Below, in pieces: positions 18,752 through 27,068 of a DNA stretch of 64,000 nt. Source of the DNA: Myxococcota bacterium. Its GTDB lineage: Bacteria > Myxococcota_A > UBA9042 > PHBI01 > JAWLBL01. Position 1 is the first letter of the stretch; each line of letters begins with the position of its first letter. The notes beneath the pieces were generated by a model. It was not told the origin of the DNA and did not search any database. It saw nothing but the letters and a program-made list of their open reading frames with translations. The translations under genes were made by a program, and so were the position numbers. Where the stretch lies: NCBI GenBank assembly GCA_041687695.1, contig JAWLBL010000001.1, forward strand, positions 145,710 through 209,709, in the 5' to 3' direction.

Positions 18752-19735
18752 ATGGCGGAGTTGAGCTTCCGCGAGGCGCTGAACCAGGCCCTCGACGAGG
18801 AGATGGCCCGAGACGAGCGCGTGTTCCTGATGGGCGAGGAGGTCGGCTACTACGACGGCGCCTACAAGGTCTCGCAGGGTCTACTGGCCAAGTACGGCGC
18901 GCTGCGCGTGGTGGACACGCCCATCACCGAGCTGAGCTTCGCGGGCGTCGGCGTCGGCGCGGCGATGGTGGGGCTGCGGCCGGTCATCGAGATGATGACC
19001 TTCAACTTCGCCATCCTGGCCCTGGACCAGATCTTCAACCACGCCGCGAAGATGCGCCTGATGAGCGGCGGGCAGTACTCGGTCCCGATGGTCTTCCGCG
19101 GGCCCAACGGCGCGGCGCACATGCTCAGCGCCCAGCACTCGCAGGCCACCGAGAACTGGTTCTGCAACGTGCCGGGCCTCAAGGTGGTGTCCCCGTCGAT
19201 TCCGAACGACGGCAAGGGGCTGCTCAAGGCCGCGATTCGAGACGAGGATCCCGTGATCTTCCTCGAGTCCGAGATCATGTACAACATGAAGGGGCCGGTC
19301 TCGGACGCCGAGGACTACGTCATCCCGCTGGGCCAGTGCGACGTCAAACGCCAGGGGAAGGACGTCACGGTCATCAGCTACTCGAAGGGCATCCACCACG
19401 CGCTGGGGGCGGCCGAGGCGCTGGCCGGCGAGGGCGTTTCGGTCGAGGTCATCGACCTGATGACGCTGCGGCCGCTGGACATGGAGACCATCCGGCGGTC
19501 GGTGAAGAAGACCGGGCGGGTCGTCACGGTCGAGGAGAGCTGGCCGTACGGGGGCATCGGGGCCGAGCTGGCCTATCGCATCCAGATGGACTGCTTCGAC
19601 TGGCTGGACGCGCCGGTGACGCGCGTGACGCAGCTGGACGTGCCGATGCCCTACGCCGAGAACCTCGAGGCGCTGGTCCTTCCGAACGTGCGCGACGTGG
19701 TCGCCGCCATCAACGCCGTCACCTACCGGAGCTGA
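18752..19735 (+). CDS. pdhB: Pyruvate dehydrogenase E1 beta
   Basis: GEEVG.Y.GAYKVS, DTPITE, VFRGPNG, AQHSQ. Confidence 0.95.
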   Translation: MAELSFREALNQALDEEMARDERVFLMGEEVGYYDGAYKVSQGLLAKYGALRVVDTPITELSFAGVGVGAAMVGLRPVIEMMTFNFAILALDQIFNHAAKMRLMSGGQYSVPMVFRGPNGAAHMLSAQHSQATENWFCNVPGLKVVSPSIPNDGKGLLKAAIRDEDPVIFLESEIMYNMKGPVSDAEDYVIPLGQCDVKRQGKDVTVISYSKGIHHALGAAEALAGEGVSVEVIDLMTLRPLDMETIRRSVKKTGRVVTVEESWPYGGIGAELAYRIQMDCFDWLDAPVTRVTQLDVPMPYAENLEALVLPNVRDVVAAINAVTYRS

Positions 19736-19739
19736 ACCG

Positions 19740-21134
19740 ATGCCGACCGTCGTCGAGATGCCGCGCCTGTCGGACACGATGCGCGAGGGCACGCTGGCCG
19801 AGTGGAAGAAGCAGGAGGGTGAGAAGATCGAGGCCGGCGACGAGCTGGCCGACATCGAGACCGACAAGGCGACGATGGCCTTCGAGAGCTTCGACTCGGG
19901 GGTCGTCCTCAAGCACCTCATCGGGCCGGGGGACACGGTCCCGCTGGGGACGCCCATCTGCATCCTGGGCAAAAAGGACGAGGACGTCTCGAAGCTGGCG
20001 GCCGAGCTGGCCGAGAAGGTGAAGCAGGCGATGGCCGAGGGGCTGGGCGAGGAGCCCGCGCCGGAGCCGCCGGTCGCCAAGAAGCAGGCGGACGAGGGCG
20101 AGGCGCCCGAGACGCTGGCGGAGGGCGACGACAAGGCCGAGATCGGCACCGGCCTGGACAACGGCCTGCAGCGGGCGGGCGACGAGGCCGAGCGCGAGCA
20201 CCACGACGAGGCGGCGCACCGCGAGGCGGCGCGGCACGGGCGGGCGCCGGCGCCGCGGGACGCCGAGGGGTTGCGGGTCAAGGCGTCGCCGCTGGCGCGG
20301 CGCATCGCGGCCGATCGCGGCGTGGACCTGACGACGGTCGAGGGGACGGGCCCGGCGGGGCGCATCATCAAGCGTGACGTCGAGTCGCTCGAGCCGACGC
20401 GACGCGCGGCGGCGGCGGCGGGCGCGGCGCCAGCGGCGGGCGCGGCGGGCCGGCCGGACCAGGAGGTGCGCGTCACGCAGATGCGCAAGACGATCGCGCG
20501 GCGGCTGGTCGAGGCGAAGAACGAGGCGCCGCACTACTACCTGCAGATGGTGGTGGACTGCGAAAAGCTGGTCGCGCTGCGGACCGAGCTGAACGACAGC
20601 CAGGACAAGCTGAAGATCAGCTTCAACGACCTGGTGATGCGCGCGTGCGTCGTGGCGCTGCAGGACCACCCGTGGGTGAACGCCGGGTGGCAGGGCAAGA
20701 CCATCAAGCAGTTCGGCGGCGTGCACCTGGGCTTCGCGGTGGCCATCGAGGACGGGCTGATTACCCCGGTCGTGCGCGACGCCGAGCGCAAGGGCCTGCT
20801 GCAGATGGCCGTCGAGGTGAGGGATCTGGCCGAGCGGGCGCGGACGGGCCAGCTGGAGGAGCGCGAGTACCAGGGCAACAGCTTCTGCGTGTCGAACCTG
20901 GGCATGTACGGCATCGAGCGCTTCACGGCGATCATCAACCCGCCGGCGGCCTGCATCCTGGCCGTGGGCGCCCTGCGGCAAGAGCCGGTCGTCAAGGACG
21001 GCGCGCTGGCCGTGGGCCAGACGATGGCGCTGAGCCTGTCGTGCGACCACCGGGTCGTCGACGGGGCGACCGGCGCCGCTTTCATGAAGGATCTCAAGCA
21101 GATCCTGGAAAAGCCCCTGAACCTGCTGCTGTAG
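19740..21134 (+). CDS. pdhC: Pyruvate dehydrogenase E2 dihydrolipoamide acetyltransferase
   Basis: Lipoyl ETDKAT, E3-binding ASPLARR..GTGPAGRI, catalytic DHRVVDG. Confidence 0.95.
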   Translation: MPTVVEMPRLSDTMREGTLAEWKKQEGEKIEAGDELADIETDKATMAFESFDSGVVLKHLIGPGDTVPLGTPICILGKKDEDVSKLAAELAEKVKQAMAEGLGEEPAPEPPVAKKQADEGEAPETLAEGDDKAEIGTGLDNGLQRAGDEAEREHHDEAAHREAARHGRAPAPRDAEGLRVKASPLARRIAADRGVDLTTVEGTGPAGRIIKRDVESLEPTRRAAAAAGAAPAAGAAGRPDQEVRVTQMRKTIARRLVEAKNEAPHYYLQMVVDCEKLVALRTELNDSQDKLKISFNDLVMRACVVALQDHPWVNAGWQGKTIKQFGGVHLGFAVAIEDGLITPVVRDAERKGLLQMAVEVRDLAERARTGQLEEREYQGNSFCVSNLGMYGIERFTAIINPPAACILAVGALRQEPVVKDGALAVGQTMALSLSCDHRVVDGATGAAFMKDLKQILEKPLNLLL

Positions 21135-21144
21135 GAGGCCGCGC

Positions 21145-22542
21145 GTGGCCGAGGACAACAACGCCTTCGACCTGGTCGTCATCGGCGGCGGGCCCGGCGG
21201 CTACGTCGCCGCGATCCGGGCCGCGCAGCTGGGCCTGACGACCGCCTGCGTCGAGCGCGACAAGCTGGGCGGCGTCTGCCTGAACTGGGGCTGCATCCCG
21301 ACCAAGGCGCTGCTGCACAACGCCAAGCTCTACCAGGAGCTGTCGCACGGCAAGACCTGGGGGTTCGAGGTCGACGGCCTGCGGGTCGACTGGTCCAAGG
21401 TCATCCAGCGCAGCCGCAAGGTGGCCGACCGCCTGAACAAGGGCGTGCACGGGCTGTTCAAGAAGTACGGCGTCACGCACATCGCCGGCGAGGGCCGCAT
21501 CGATCGGCCGGGCCGGGTGCTGGTGGGCGATCGGGCGCTGTCGTGCAAGCACATCATCGTGGCGACCGGCGCGCGGCCGCGGCCGCTGCCGGGGCTGGCC
21601 TTCGACGGCGAGCGGGTGATGAGCTCGAAGGAGGCGATGGTCGTCGACCCCATGCCCGAGAGCGTGCTGGTCATCGGGGGCGGGGCCATCGGCAGCGAGT
21701 TCGCCTACTTCTTCAACGCGTTCGGCAGCAAGGTGACCCAGGTCGAGCTGCTCGACCGCATCCTGCCGGTCGAGGACCGTGAGGTCAGCGAGGCGCTGCA
21801 GCGGTCGTTCAAGAAGCAGGGGCTCGAGGTCCTGACCGGGACCGTCGCGGCCGACGTCGAGGTGACCGAGGGCGGCGTGCGGGCGCGCCTGAAGCCGGCG
21901 AGCGGCGACGGCGAGGGCGAGGTCCGCGAGTTCAGCCGGGTGCTGGTGGCCATCGGGGTCGTCGGCAACACCGAGGGGCTGGGGCTCGAGGGCGTCGGCG
22001 TCGAGCTGGACCGCGGGATGATCAAGGTCAACGAGGACCTGCGGACGACCTGCCCGGGCATCTACGCCATCGGCGACGTCGCCGGCCCGCCCTGGCTGGC
22101 CCACAAGGCCTCGGCCGAGGGCATCCACTGCGTCGAGCGCATCGCCGGCCACGCGGGCAAGCCGGTCGACAAGACCAACATCCCGGGCTGCACCTACTGC
22201 GAGCCGCAGGTGGCCTCGGTCGGCCTGACGGAGGAGCTGGCCCGCGAGCGCAACATCCCCTTGAAGATCGGCAAGTTCCCCTTCTCGGCCAGCGGCAAGG
22301 CCCTGGCGCTCGAGGAGAAGGAGGGCTTCGTCAAGGTGCTCTTCGACGAGCGCACCGGCGAGCTGGTCGGCTGCCACATCATCGGCCCCGGCGCGACCGA
22401 GCTCATCGCCGAGGCGGCCCTGGCGCGGACCCTCGAGGCGACTGAGGCCGAGATCCTGGGGACCATCCACGCGCATCCCACGCTGGCCGAGGCCCTGCAC
22501 GAAGCGGTCGGCCAGGCGTTCGGGGAGGGGGTGAACTTCTAG
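21145..22542 (+). CDS. lpdA: Dihydrolipoyl dehydrogenase E3
   Basis: GGGPGGY, GGVCLNWGCIPTK, HAHPTLAE. Confidence 0.95.
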   Translation: MAEDNNAFDLVVIGGGPGGYVAAIRAAQLGLTTACVERDKLGGVCLNWGCIPTKALLHNAKLYQELSHGKTWGFEVDGLRVDWSKVIQRSRKVADRLNKGVHGLFKKYGVTHIAGEGRIDRPGRVLVGDRALSCKHIIVATGARPRPLPGLAFDGERVMSSKEAMVVDPMPESVLVIGGGAIGSEFAYFFNAFGSKVTQVELLDRILPVEDREVSEALQRSFKKQGLEVLTGTVAADVEVTEGGVRARLKPASGDGEGEVREFSRVLVAIGVVGNTEGLGLEGVGVELDRGMIKVNEDLRTTCPGIYAIGDVAGPPWLAHKASAEGIHCVERIAGHAGKPVDKTNIPGCTYCEPQVASVGLTEELARERNIPLKIGKFPFSASGKALALEEKEGFVKVLFDERTGELVGCHIIGPGATELIAEAALARTLEATEAEILGTIHAHPTLAEALHEAVGQAFGEGVNF

Positions 22543-22567
22543 CCTTAGGGGCTTCGGGTCGAGCGGC

Positions 22568-23059
22568 CTGGGATCGCCGGCTTTGAGTCGGCTGGGGAGG
22601 CGCGGGGCGGTGGATCGGCGGTCTGGGACCGCCGGCTTCCAGCCGGCTGGACGGCGCGGGGCGGTGGGTTGGCGGCCTGGGATCGCCGGCTTCCAGCTTC
22701 CAGCCGGCTGGACGGCGCGGGACGGTGGGTTGGCGGGCTGGAATCGCCGGCTTCCTGCTGGCCGGACGGGAGCGGGGCGGTGGGTCGGCGGTCTGGGATC
22801 GCCGGCTTCCAGCCGGCCTGGACGGCGCGGGGCGGTGGGTCGGCGGTCTGGGATCGCCGGCTTCCAGCCGGCTGGACGGCGCGGGGCGGTGGGTTGGCGG
22901 CCTGGGATCGCCGGCTTCCAGCCGGCTGGACGGCGCGGGGCGGTGGGTTGGCGGGCTGGGATCGCCGGCTTCCAGCCGGCCTGGACGGCGCGGGGCGGTG
23001 GGTTGGCGGTCTGGGATCGCCGGCTTCCAGCCGGCTGGACGGCGCCGGACGGTGGGTCG
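22568..23059 (+). repeat. REP-like tandem array A: 9 units of ~54-55 nt (CTGGGATCGCCGGCTTCCAGCCGGCTGGACGGCGCGGGGCGGTGGGTTGGCGGN)
   Basis: Units start at 22568, 22623, 22677, 22738, 22793, 22848, 22902, 22956 and 23011; consensus hairpin GCCGGC-TTCCA-GCCGGC (degenerate in units 1 and 4); no unique spacers. Confidence 0.9.
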
Positions 23060-23095
23060 AGGGGCCGAGGGGTTGAGGGGTCGAGGAGGTGCGGT

Positions 23096-23203
23096 AGCCT
23101 CCGCTTCGGCCGGCCTCAAGGGCTTTGTCCCCCTTGGCCGGCCTGGTGGCCGACCAATTCCTCGCGGACGACAAAGCCCTTGACCCCGGCCTACGCTGCG
23201 GCT
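23096..23203. other. Long imperfect inverted repeat/structured element
   Basis: TCAAGGGCTTTGTC (23116-23129) pairs perfectly with GACAAAGCCCTTGA (23170-23183); outer GGCCGG/CCGGCC and AGCC/GGCT stems. Confidence 0.7.
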
Positions 23204-23216
23204 GGCGGGCTGACAT

Positions 23217-23243
23217 CGGCCCGGAAGGGGGCCTTCCGGGCCG
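23217..23243. other. Perfect 12-bp hairpin CGGCCCGGAAGG-GGG-CCTTCCGGGCCG
   Basis: Direct reading; no U-tract, so function is unclear. Confidence 0.65.
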
Positions 23244-23352
23244 CTTCGCGTCCCGGCGCGGGCACTGGGGCAGCGGGTGCGGGGGGAGGCGGCTGGTCGG
23301 AGGCTCCAGGAGGCGGGTCGAGGCTGGTCGCGGGGGTCTGGGATGGAGTGGG

Positions 23353-23372
23353 AATTAAACGGCCGTGTAATT
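23353..23372. promoter_or_regulatory. AT-rich near-perfect palindrome AATTAAACGGCCGTGTAATT abutting array B
   Basis: One mismatched pair in 20 nt; role inferred only. Confidence 0.4.
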
Positions 23373-23373
23373 A

Positions 23374-23823
23374 GTCGTCCCGGGGCGGAAGTCCAGGTCG
23401 TCGTCCCGGGGCGGAAGTCCAGGTCGTCGTCCCGGGGCGGAAGTCCAGGTCGTCGTCCCGGGGCGGAAGTCCAGGTCGTCGTCCCGGGGCGGAAGCGCGC
23501 GGGTCGTCGTCCCGGGCCGGAAGGCGCGCCGGTCGTCGTCCCGGGGCGGAAGCGCGCGGGTCGTCGTCCCGGGGCGGAAGTCCAGGTCGTCGTCCCGGGG
23601 CGGGAGCGCGCCGGTCGTCGTCCCGGGGCGGAAGCGCGCGGGTCGTCGTCCCGGGGCGGAAGGCGCGCCGGTCGTCGTCCCGGGGCGGAAGTCCAGGTCG
23701 TCGTCCCGGGGCGGGAGCGCGCCGGTCGTCGTCCCGGGGCGGAAGTCCAGGTCGTCCTCCCGGAGCGGAACTCCAGGTCGTCGTCCCGGGGCGGAAGCCC
23801 AGGTCGCCGTCCCGGGGCGGAAG
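23374..23823 (+). repeat. Tandem array B: 17 units of 22-nt core GGTCGTCGTCCCGGGGCGGAAG with 4-7 nt linkers
   Basis: Units at 23374 (5'-truncated), 23396, 23422, 23448, 23474, 23502, 23531, 23559, 23585, 23613, 23641, 23670, 23696, 23724, 23750, 23776 and 23802; linkers TCCA, CGCGCG, GCGCGCC, CGCGCC, CCCA. Confidence 0.95.
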
Positions 23824-23904
23824 CCGGGACCAGAAAAGCGACATGCGGACGCGGCGAGGATGCAAATAGTTGTTGACGGATTTCGGGGAGACGTTTTGGG
23901 CGAT

Positions 23905-24079
23905 CCGGGGTCGGCCGGAGGGAGGGCCTGGAAGGCCCCTGGCAGGCTCCACGGCGCGCTGATCAGGGGTCAGGGTCGTCGCGAGTCGTCCGAGAGGCCT
24001 GAACGGCCGTCCAGGGGGTGCTCCGAGGGGATTGAGACCCCCGTGTTATGCTGCAGGCCTCGATTGGGAGGGCTGCGGG
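23905..24079 (+). promoter_or_regulatory. Conserved leader of HNH copy 2, with extended -10-like TGTTATGCT (24044-24052) and RBS GGGAGG
   Basis: Homologous to 1-169. Confidence 0.6.
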
Positions 24080-25300
24080 ATGAGCAAGGGCTTGGAAGTG
24101 CTGGGGAAGTTGTCCGACGAGGGGCTGCTGGGCCGGGTCGGCGAGCTGGTCGATCTGGAGCGGCGGACGACGGCCAACCTGGTGGTTCTGCTGGCCGAGG
24201 TCGAGGCGAGGGAGCTGCACCTTCGGGACGGCAGCCCGTCGCTGTTCGAGTGGTGCCGGACGCGGTGGGGCTTTGGAGAGGACAAGGCCTACAACTACGT
24301 CAAGGCCGTCGGGTGGGTGCGGCGGTGGCCGCAGATGGGCGCCATGTTGGCCGATGGGCGGCTGAGCCTGAGCGGGGTGCGGGTCATCGGACCTCACCTG
24401 AGCGAAGAGAACGTCGGCGAGCGGCTGGCCGAGGCCGCCGGGAAGAGCAAGCGCGAGCTGACCGAGCTGGTGGCGAAGTGGTCGCCGCGGCCGGACGTCC
24501 CCGCGCGGGTGTTCCGGTTGCCACCGCCCCGGGGCGGAGCGCGGGCCGAGGCGCCGAAGCGGACCGAACCGCGGCGCTCTGCCGAGCTGACGCTGGCACA
24601 GCCCAAGCCGAAGCACCGGGTCGAGCCGCTCTCGGAGGCGCGGTATCGGGTGCAGGTGACGGTCGGGGCGCGGGTGGCGGCCAAGCTCGAGGAGGCGATG
24701 GCGCTGGTCGGGCATCAGGTCGCGTCCGGGGACTACGAGACGCTCTTGGAGATGGCCCTGGACGTCTTCCTGGCCGCGAAGAAGAAGCAGCGGTTCGGGG
24801 TCGGGGCCAAGCGGCGGGCGAAGAAGGCCGCCGTGAAGGCGCCCGAGTCGGCCGAGAGCGTGGCCGTGGCCGGCGAATCGGCCGAGAGCGTGGCCGTGGC
24901 CGGCGAGTCGGTCGAGAGCGTGGCCATGGCCGGAGAGTCGGTCGAGGCCGCGGCGAGCGATGCGGAGGCGGAGGTGACGGAACGCAGCCGTGCCATCCCG
25001 GCCGAGATCAAGCGGGCCGTGGTCGAGCGGGACGGGCTGCGGTGCACCTTCGAGAGCCCGGGAGGGCGGTGTACCGAGACACGCCGGCTGGAGTTGCACC
25101 ACGACGAGGCCTTCGCCAAGGGCGGCGCTCACTCGGTCGAGAACATTCGGGTCGTCTGTCAGGCCCACAACCTGCTCATCGCCCGCCAGGAGCTGGGGGC
25201 GCGGTTCGTCGCCAAGAAGGTCGGCGAGCGGCGGGCGGGGGCCGTTCCGCCCCGGGACGGGAGCGCCGACCATCGGCCCGGACGAGCAGGTCGTGGATGA
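24080..25300 (+). CDS. HNH endonuclease, copy 2 (paralog of 170-1321)
   Basis: Same MSKGLEVL start; RDGLRCTF..RC..LELHHDEAFAKGG..ENIRVVCQAHN; linkers differ from copy 1. Confidence 0.85.
   Translation: MSKGLEVLGKLSDEGLLGRVGELVDLERRTTANLVVLLAEVEARELHLRDGSPSLFEWCRTRWGFGEDKAYNYVKAVGWVRRWPQMGAMLADGRLSLSGVRVIGPHLSEENVGERLAEAAGKSKRELTELVAKWSPRPDVPARVFRLPPPRGGARAEAPKRTEPRRSAELTLAQPKPKHRVEPLSEARYRVQVTVGARVAAKLEEAMALVGHQVASGDYETLLEMALDVFLAAKKKQRFGVGAKRRAKKAAVKAPESAESVAVAGESAESVAVAGESVESVAMAGESVEAAASDAEAEVTERSRAIPAEIKRAVVERDGLRCTFESPGGRCTETRRLELHHDEAFAKGGAHSVENIRVVCQAHNLLIARQELGARFVAKKVGERRAGAVPPRDGSADHRPGRAGRG
24845..24946 (+). repeat. In-frame 30-nt tandem repeat (ESAESVAVAG x~3.4) in the HNH copy 2 linker
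   Basis: Units at 24845, 24875, 24905 and partial 24935. Confidence 0.85.
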
Positions 25301-25301
25301 C

Positions 25302-25320
25302 TCCGCCCCGGGACGACGAC
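25302..25320 (-). repeat. Inverted 19-nt copy of the array B core just after the stop codon (a second 15-nt copy at 25245-25259)
   Basis: TCCGCCCCGGGACGACGAC is the reverse complement of GTCGTCGTCCCGGGGCGGA. Confidence 0.85.
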
Positions 25321-25369
25321 TACTCGCCGGCTTCCAGAGACTGTCGTATCGACGCCGCCGAAGGCGGCC

Positions 25370-25486
25370 TTGGAGTGCTCCAGCTTGCTGGAGCCCTGAT
25401 TCGCGCAGCTTGCTGCGCCGGGACGGCGGCGATGTCCCGGCGGCAAGCCGCCGGCGCTGGGGCGCGAGCAAGCTCGCGCACTCCGA
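25370..25486. repeat. REPIN-like element with GGAG-type REP ends and nested hairpins
   Basis: TTGGAGTGCTCCAGCTTGCTGGAGC ... GCGCGAGCAAGCTCGCGCACTCCGA; internal GCGCAGCTTGCTGCGC and CCGGCGGCAAGCCGCCGG. Confidence 0.65.
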
Positions 25487-25646
25487 GTGGGCTCTTTGCG
25501 ACACCCTCTTCCAGCCGGCCTGGTTGAGCGACGACCGAGCGCGGTCCGCCTGGGATCTGTCCCCCCACCCCCAGCCCGCGCCACCCTTTACACCCCGCCC
25601 TCCCCGGCTATCCTGCCGCGGGCCTGACCCTTGGAGGAGGCGCGCG

Positions 25647-26390
25647 GTGGAGGAAGTCGAAGTCCTGCGGATGGCTGAGGCGGAGTCGCGCTCGTGGTGG
25701 TTTCGCGGGCGGCGGCGGGTGCTGGAGGAGGTGCTCAAGCGCCTCGCGATGCCGCCGGACGTGAACATCGCGGATCTGGGGTGCGGGACGGGCGGCAACC
25801 TGGTGATGCTGCGGGCCTTCGGCAAGGTCACCGGGGTCGAGGTCTCGCCGGTGGCGGCCGAGGTGGCGCGCAGGCGGGCCGGGGTCGAGGTGCGCTGCGC
25901 CAGCATGGAGGCGACGGGGCTGCCGGACGCGTCGTTCGATGTGGTGACCGCCTTCGACGTGCTGGAGCACATGGAAGACGACCGGGCGGCGCTGCTGGAG
26001 GTGTGGCGGCTGCTCAAACCGGGTGGGCGATTCGTGGTCACCGTGCCGGCCTTCATGATGCTGTGGAGCGCGCACGACGAGGCGCTGCACCACAAGCGTC
26101 GCTATCGGCGAGGGCCGCTCGCGAAGGCGCTGATGGGCGCCGGCCTGGACGTCGAGTGGCTGACCTACTTCAACGCGGCGCTGTTTCCGCCGGTCGCGGC
26201 CATCCGCCTGCTGCGGCGGCCGTTCGGGGGCGGCGCCAAGGTGGCCGACGGGGTCGAGGCGCTGCCCGGGCCGCTCAACGATCTGCTCGAGGGCGTGTTC
26301 GCGGCCGAGCGGCACCTGGTCGGCCGGGTGCCGCTGCCGGCGGGCGTCAGCCTGGTCGGGGTGGCGCGCAAGCGGGCGGCCGAGAGGTAG
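25647..26390 (+). CDS. Class I SAM-dependent methyltransferase
   Basis: RBS GGAGGAGG, WWFRGRR, DLGCGTG, FDVLEH, LKPGG, HKRRY. Confidence 0.88.
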   Translation: MEEVEVLRMAEAESRSWWFRGRRRVLEEVLKRLAMPPDVNIADLGCGTGGNLVMLRAFGKVTGVEVSPVAAEVARRRAGVEVRCASMEATGLPDASFDVVTAFDVLEHMEDDRAALLEVWRLLKPGGRFVVTVPAFMMLWSAHDEALHHKRRYRRGPLAKALMGAGLDVEWLTYFNAALFPPVAAIRLLRRPFGGGAKVADGVEALPGPLNDLLEGVFAAERHLVGRVPLPAGVSLVGVARKRAAER

Positions 26391-26451
26391 GCCGGGCGCC
26401 TCGCGGTCCGTAGGGTTGTCGGCAGGGAACCGGTGGGCAAGTGAGGCGACC

Positions 26452-27066
26452 ATGGACTATCAGGAGCTCATCCGACACGTGCGCCGCCACGGGCAGCTGC
26501 CCAACGACGAGGCGGCCGCCGAGGTGATCGGGGCCACGCTGCGCACGTTGGCCGAGTACGGGGCACACCTGCCACGGGCGACCGACGCGCTGCCCGAAGA
26601 GGTCGTCGCGGTGCTCAGCGGACGCACGCCTGCGATCCACCCGACGCTGTCGCCGGGGCGCGCGGAGCTGCGGACCGAGTACCCCAACGACGCCGTGGAT
26701 CTCGCCCCCGAGCGCATCGAGCGCCCTGGGGTGTGGGAGACGCTGGGCGCACCCGTGGAACGCAGCATCTACGACGAGCTGCAGGCGCTGCGACCCGGCG
26801 CGCAGGGGCCGACGCCGACCGACGAGGCCGGCCTGATGCGCCGCTCCGAGGAGGCCGAAGACGCCGCGCGAGCGCTCTCGGGCGCCGCCGACTTCGTCGA
26901 GCGCGTGCGGGAGCGAGAGGTCGGGTTCGTCTCGCACGACGCGGCCGAGGTCCACGTCCGGGCCGTGCTGCATGCCCTGAGCCGCGCCCTGGGCGAGGCG
27001 CGGACGCACGAGCTGGCCGAGTCGGTGCCCGAGATTCGGCTGCTGTGGCCGCGGGCGAGGGCCTGA
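26452..27066 (+). CDS. DUF2267-like protein with central insertion
   Basis: Two related helical halves (MDYQELIRHVRR..A..VI.ATL.TL..LPEE and DFVERVRER..A..HVRAVL.AL). Confidence 0.6.
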   Translation: MDYQELIRHVRRHGQLPNDEAAAEVIGATLRTLAEYGAHLPRATDALPEEVVAVLSGRTPAIHPTLSPGRAELRTEYPNDAVDLAPERIERPGVWETLGAPVERSIYDELQALRPGAQGPTPTDEAGLMRRSEEAEDAARALSGAADFVERVREREVGFVSHDAAEVHVRAVLHALSRALGEARTHELAESVPEIRLLWPRARA

Positions 27067-27068
27067 GG

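Larger units (their letters stand above)
23372..25322 (+). mobile_element. Putative HNH-encoding element bounded by inverted motif copies
   Basis: Left TAGTCGTCCCGGGGCGGA (from 23372); right TCCGCCCCGGGACGACGACTA (25302-25322); a second diverged gene copy with the same motif layout is in the window. Mobility is inferred; no TSD identified. Confidence 0.35.

Noticed and set aside
22568..23059. CRISPR or TIGR-like guide array
   Set aside because: Inter-hairpin segments are near-identical rather than unique, and no Cas or Nop-domain protein is recognisable.
23374..23823. CRISPR array
   Set aside because: Linkers are 4-7 nt and reused; no cas genes in the window.
22403..23952. ORFs spanning arrays A and B
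   Set aside because: Translations of GC-rich repeats open in several frames, with no RBS or domain signal.
24080..25300. IscB/Cas9/TnpB-type RNA-guided nuclease or DDE/HUH transposase
   Set aside because: No RuvC motifs, PLMP domain, DDE triad or HUH motif visible; only a C-terminal HNH.
1..25322. Composite transposon bounded by the two HNH copies
   Set aside because: The copies are clearly diverged, the enclosed genes are housekeeping (plsB, pdh), and no TSD was seen.
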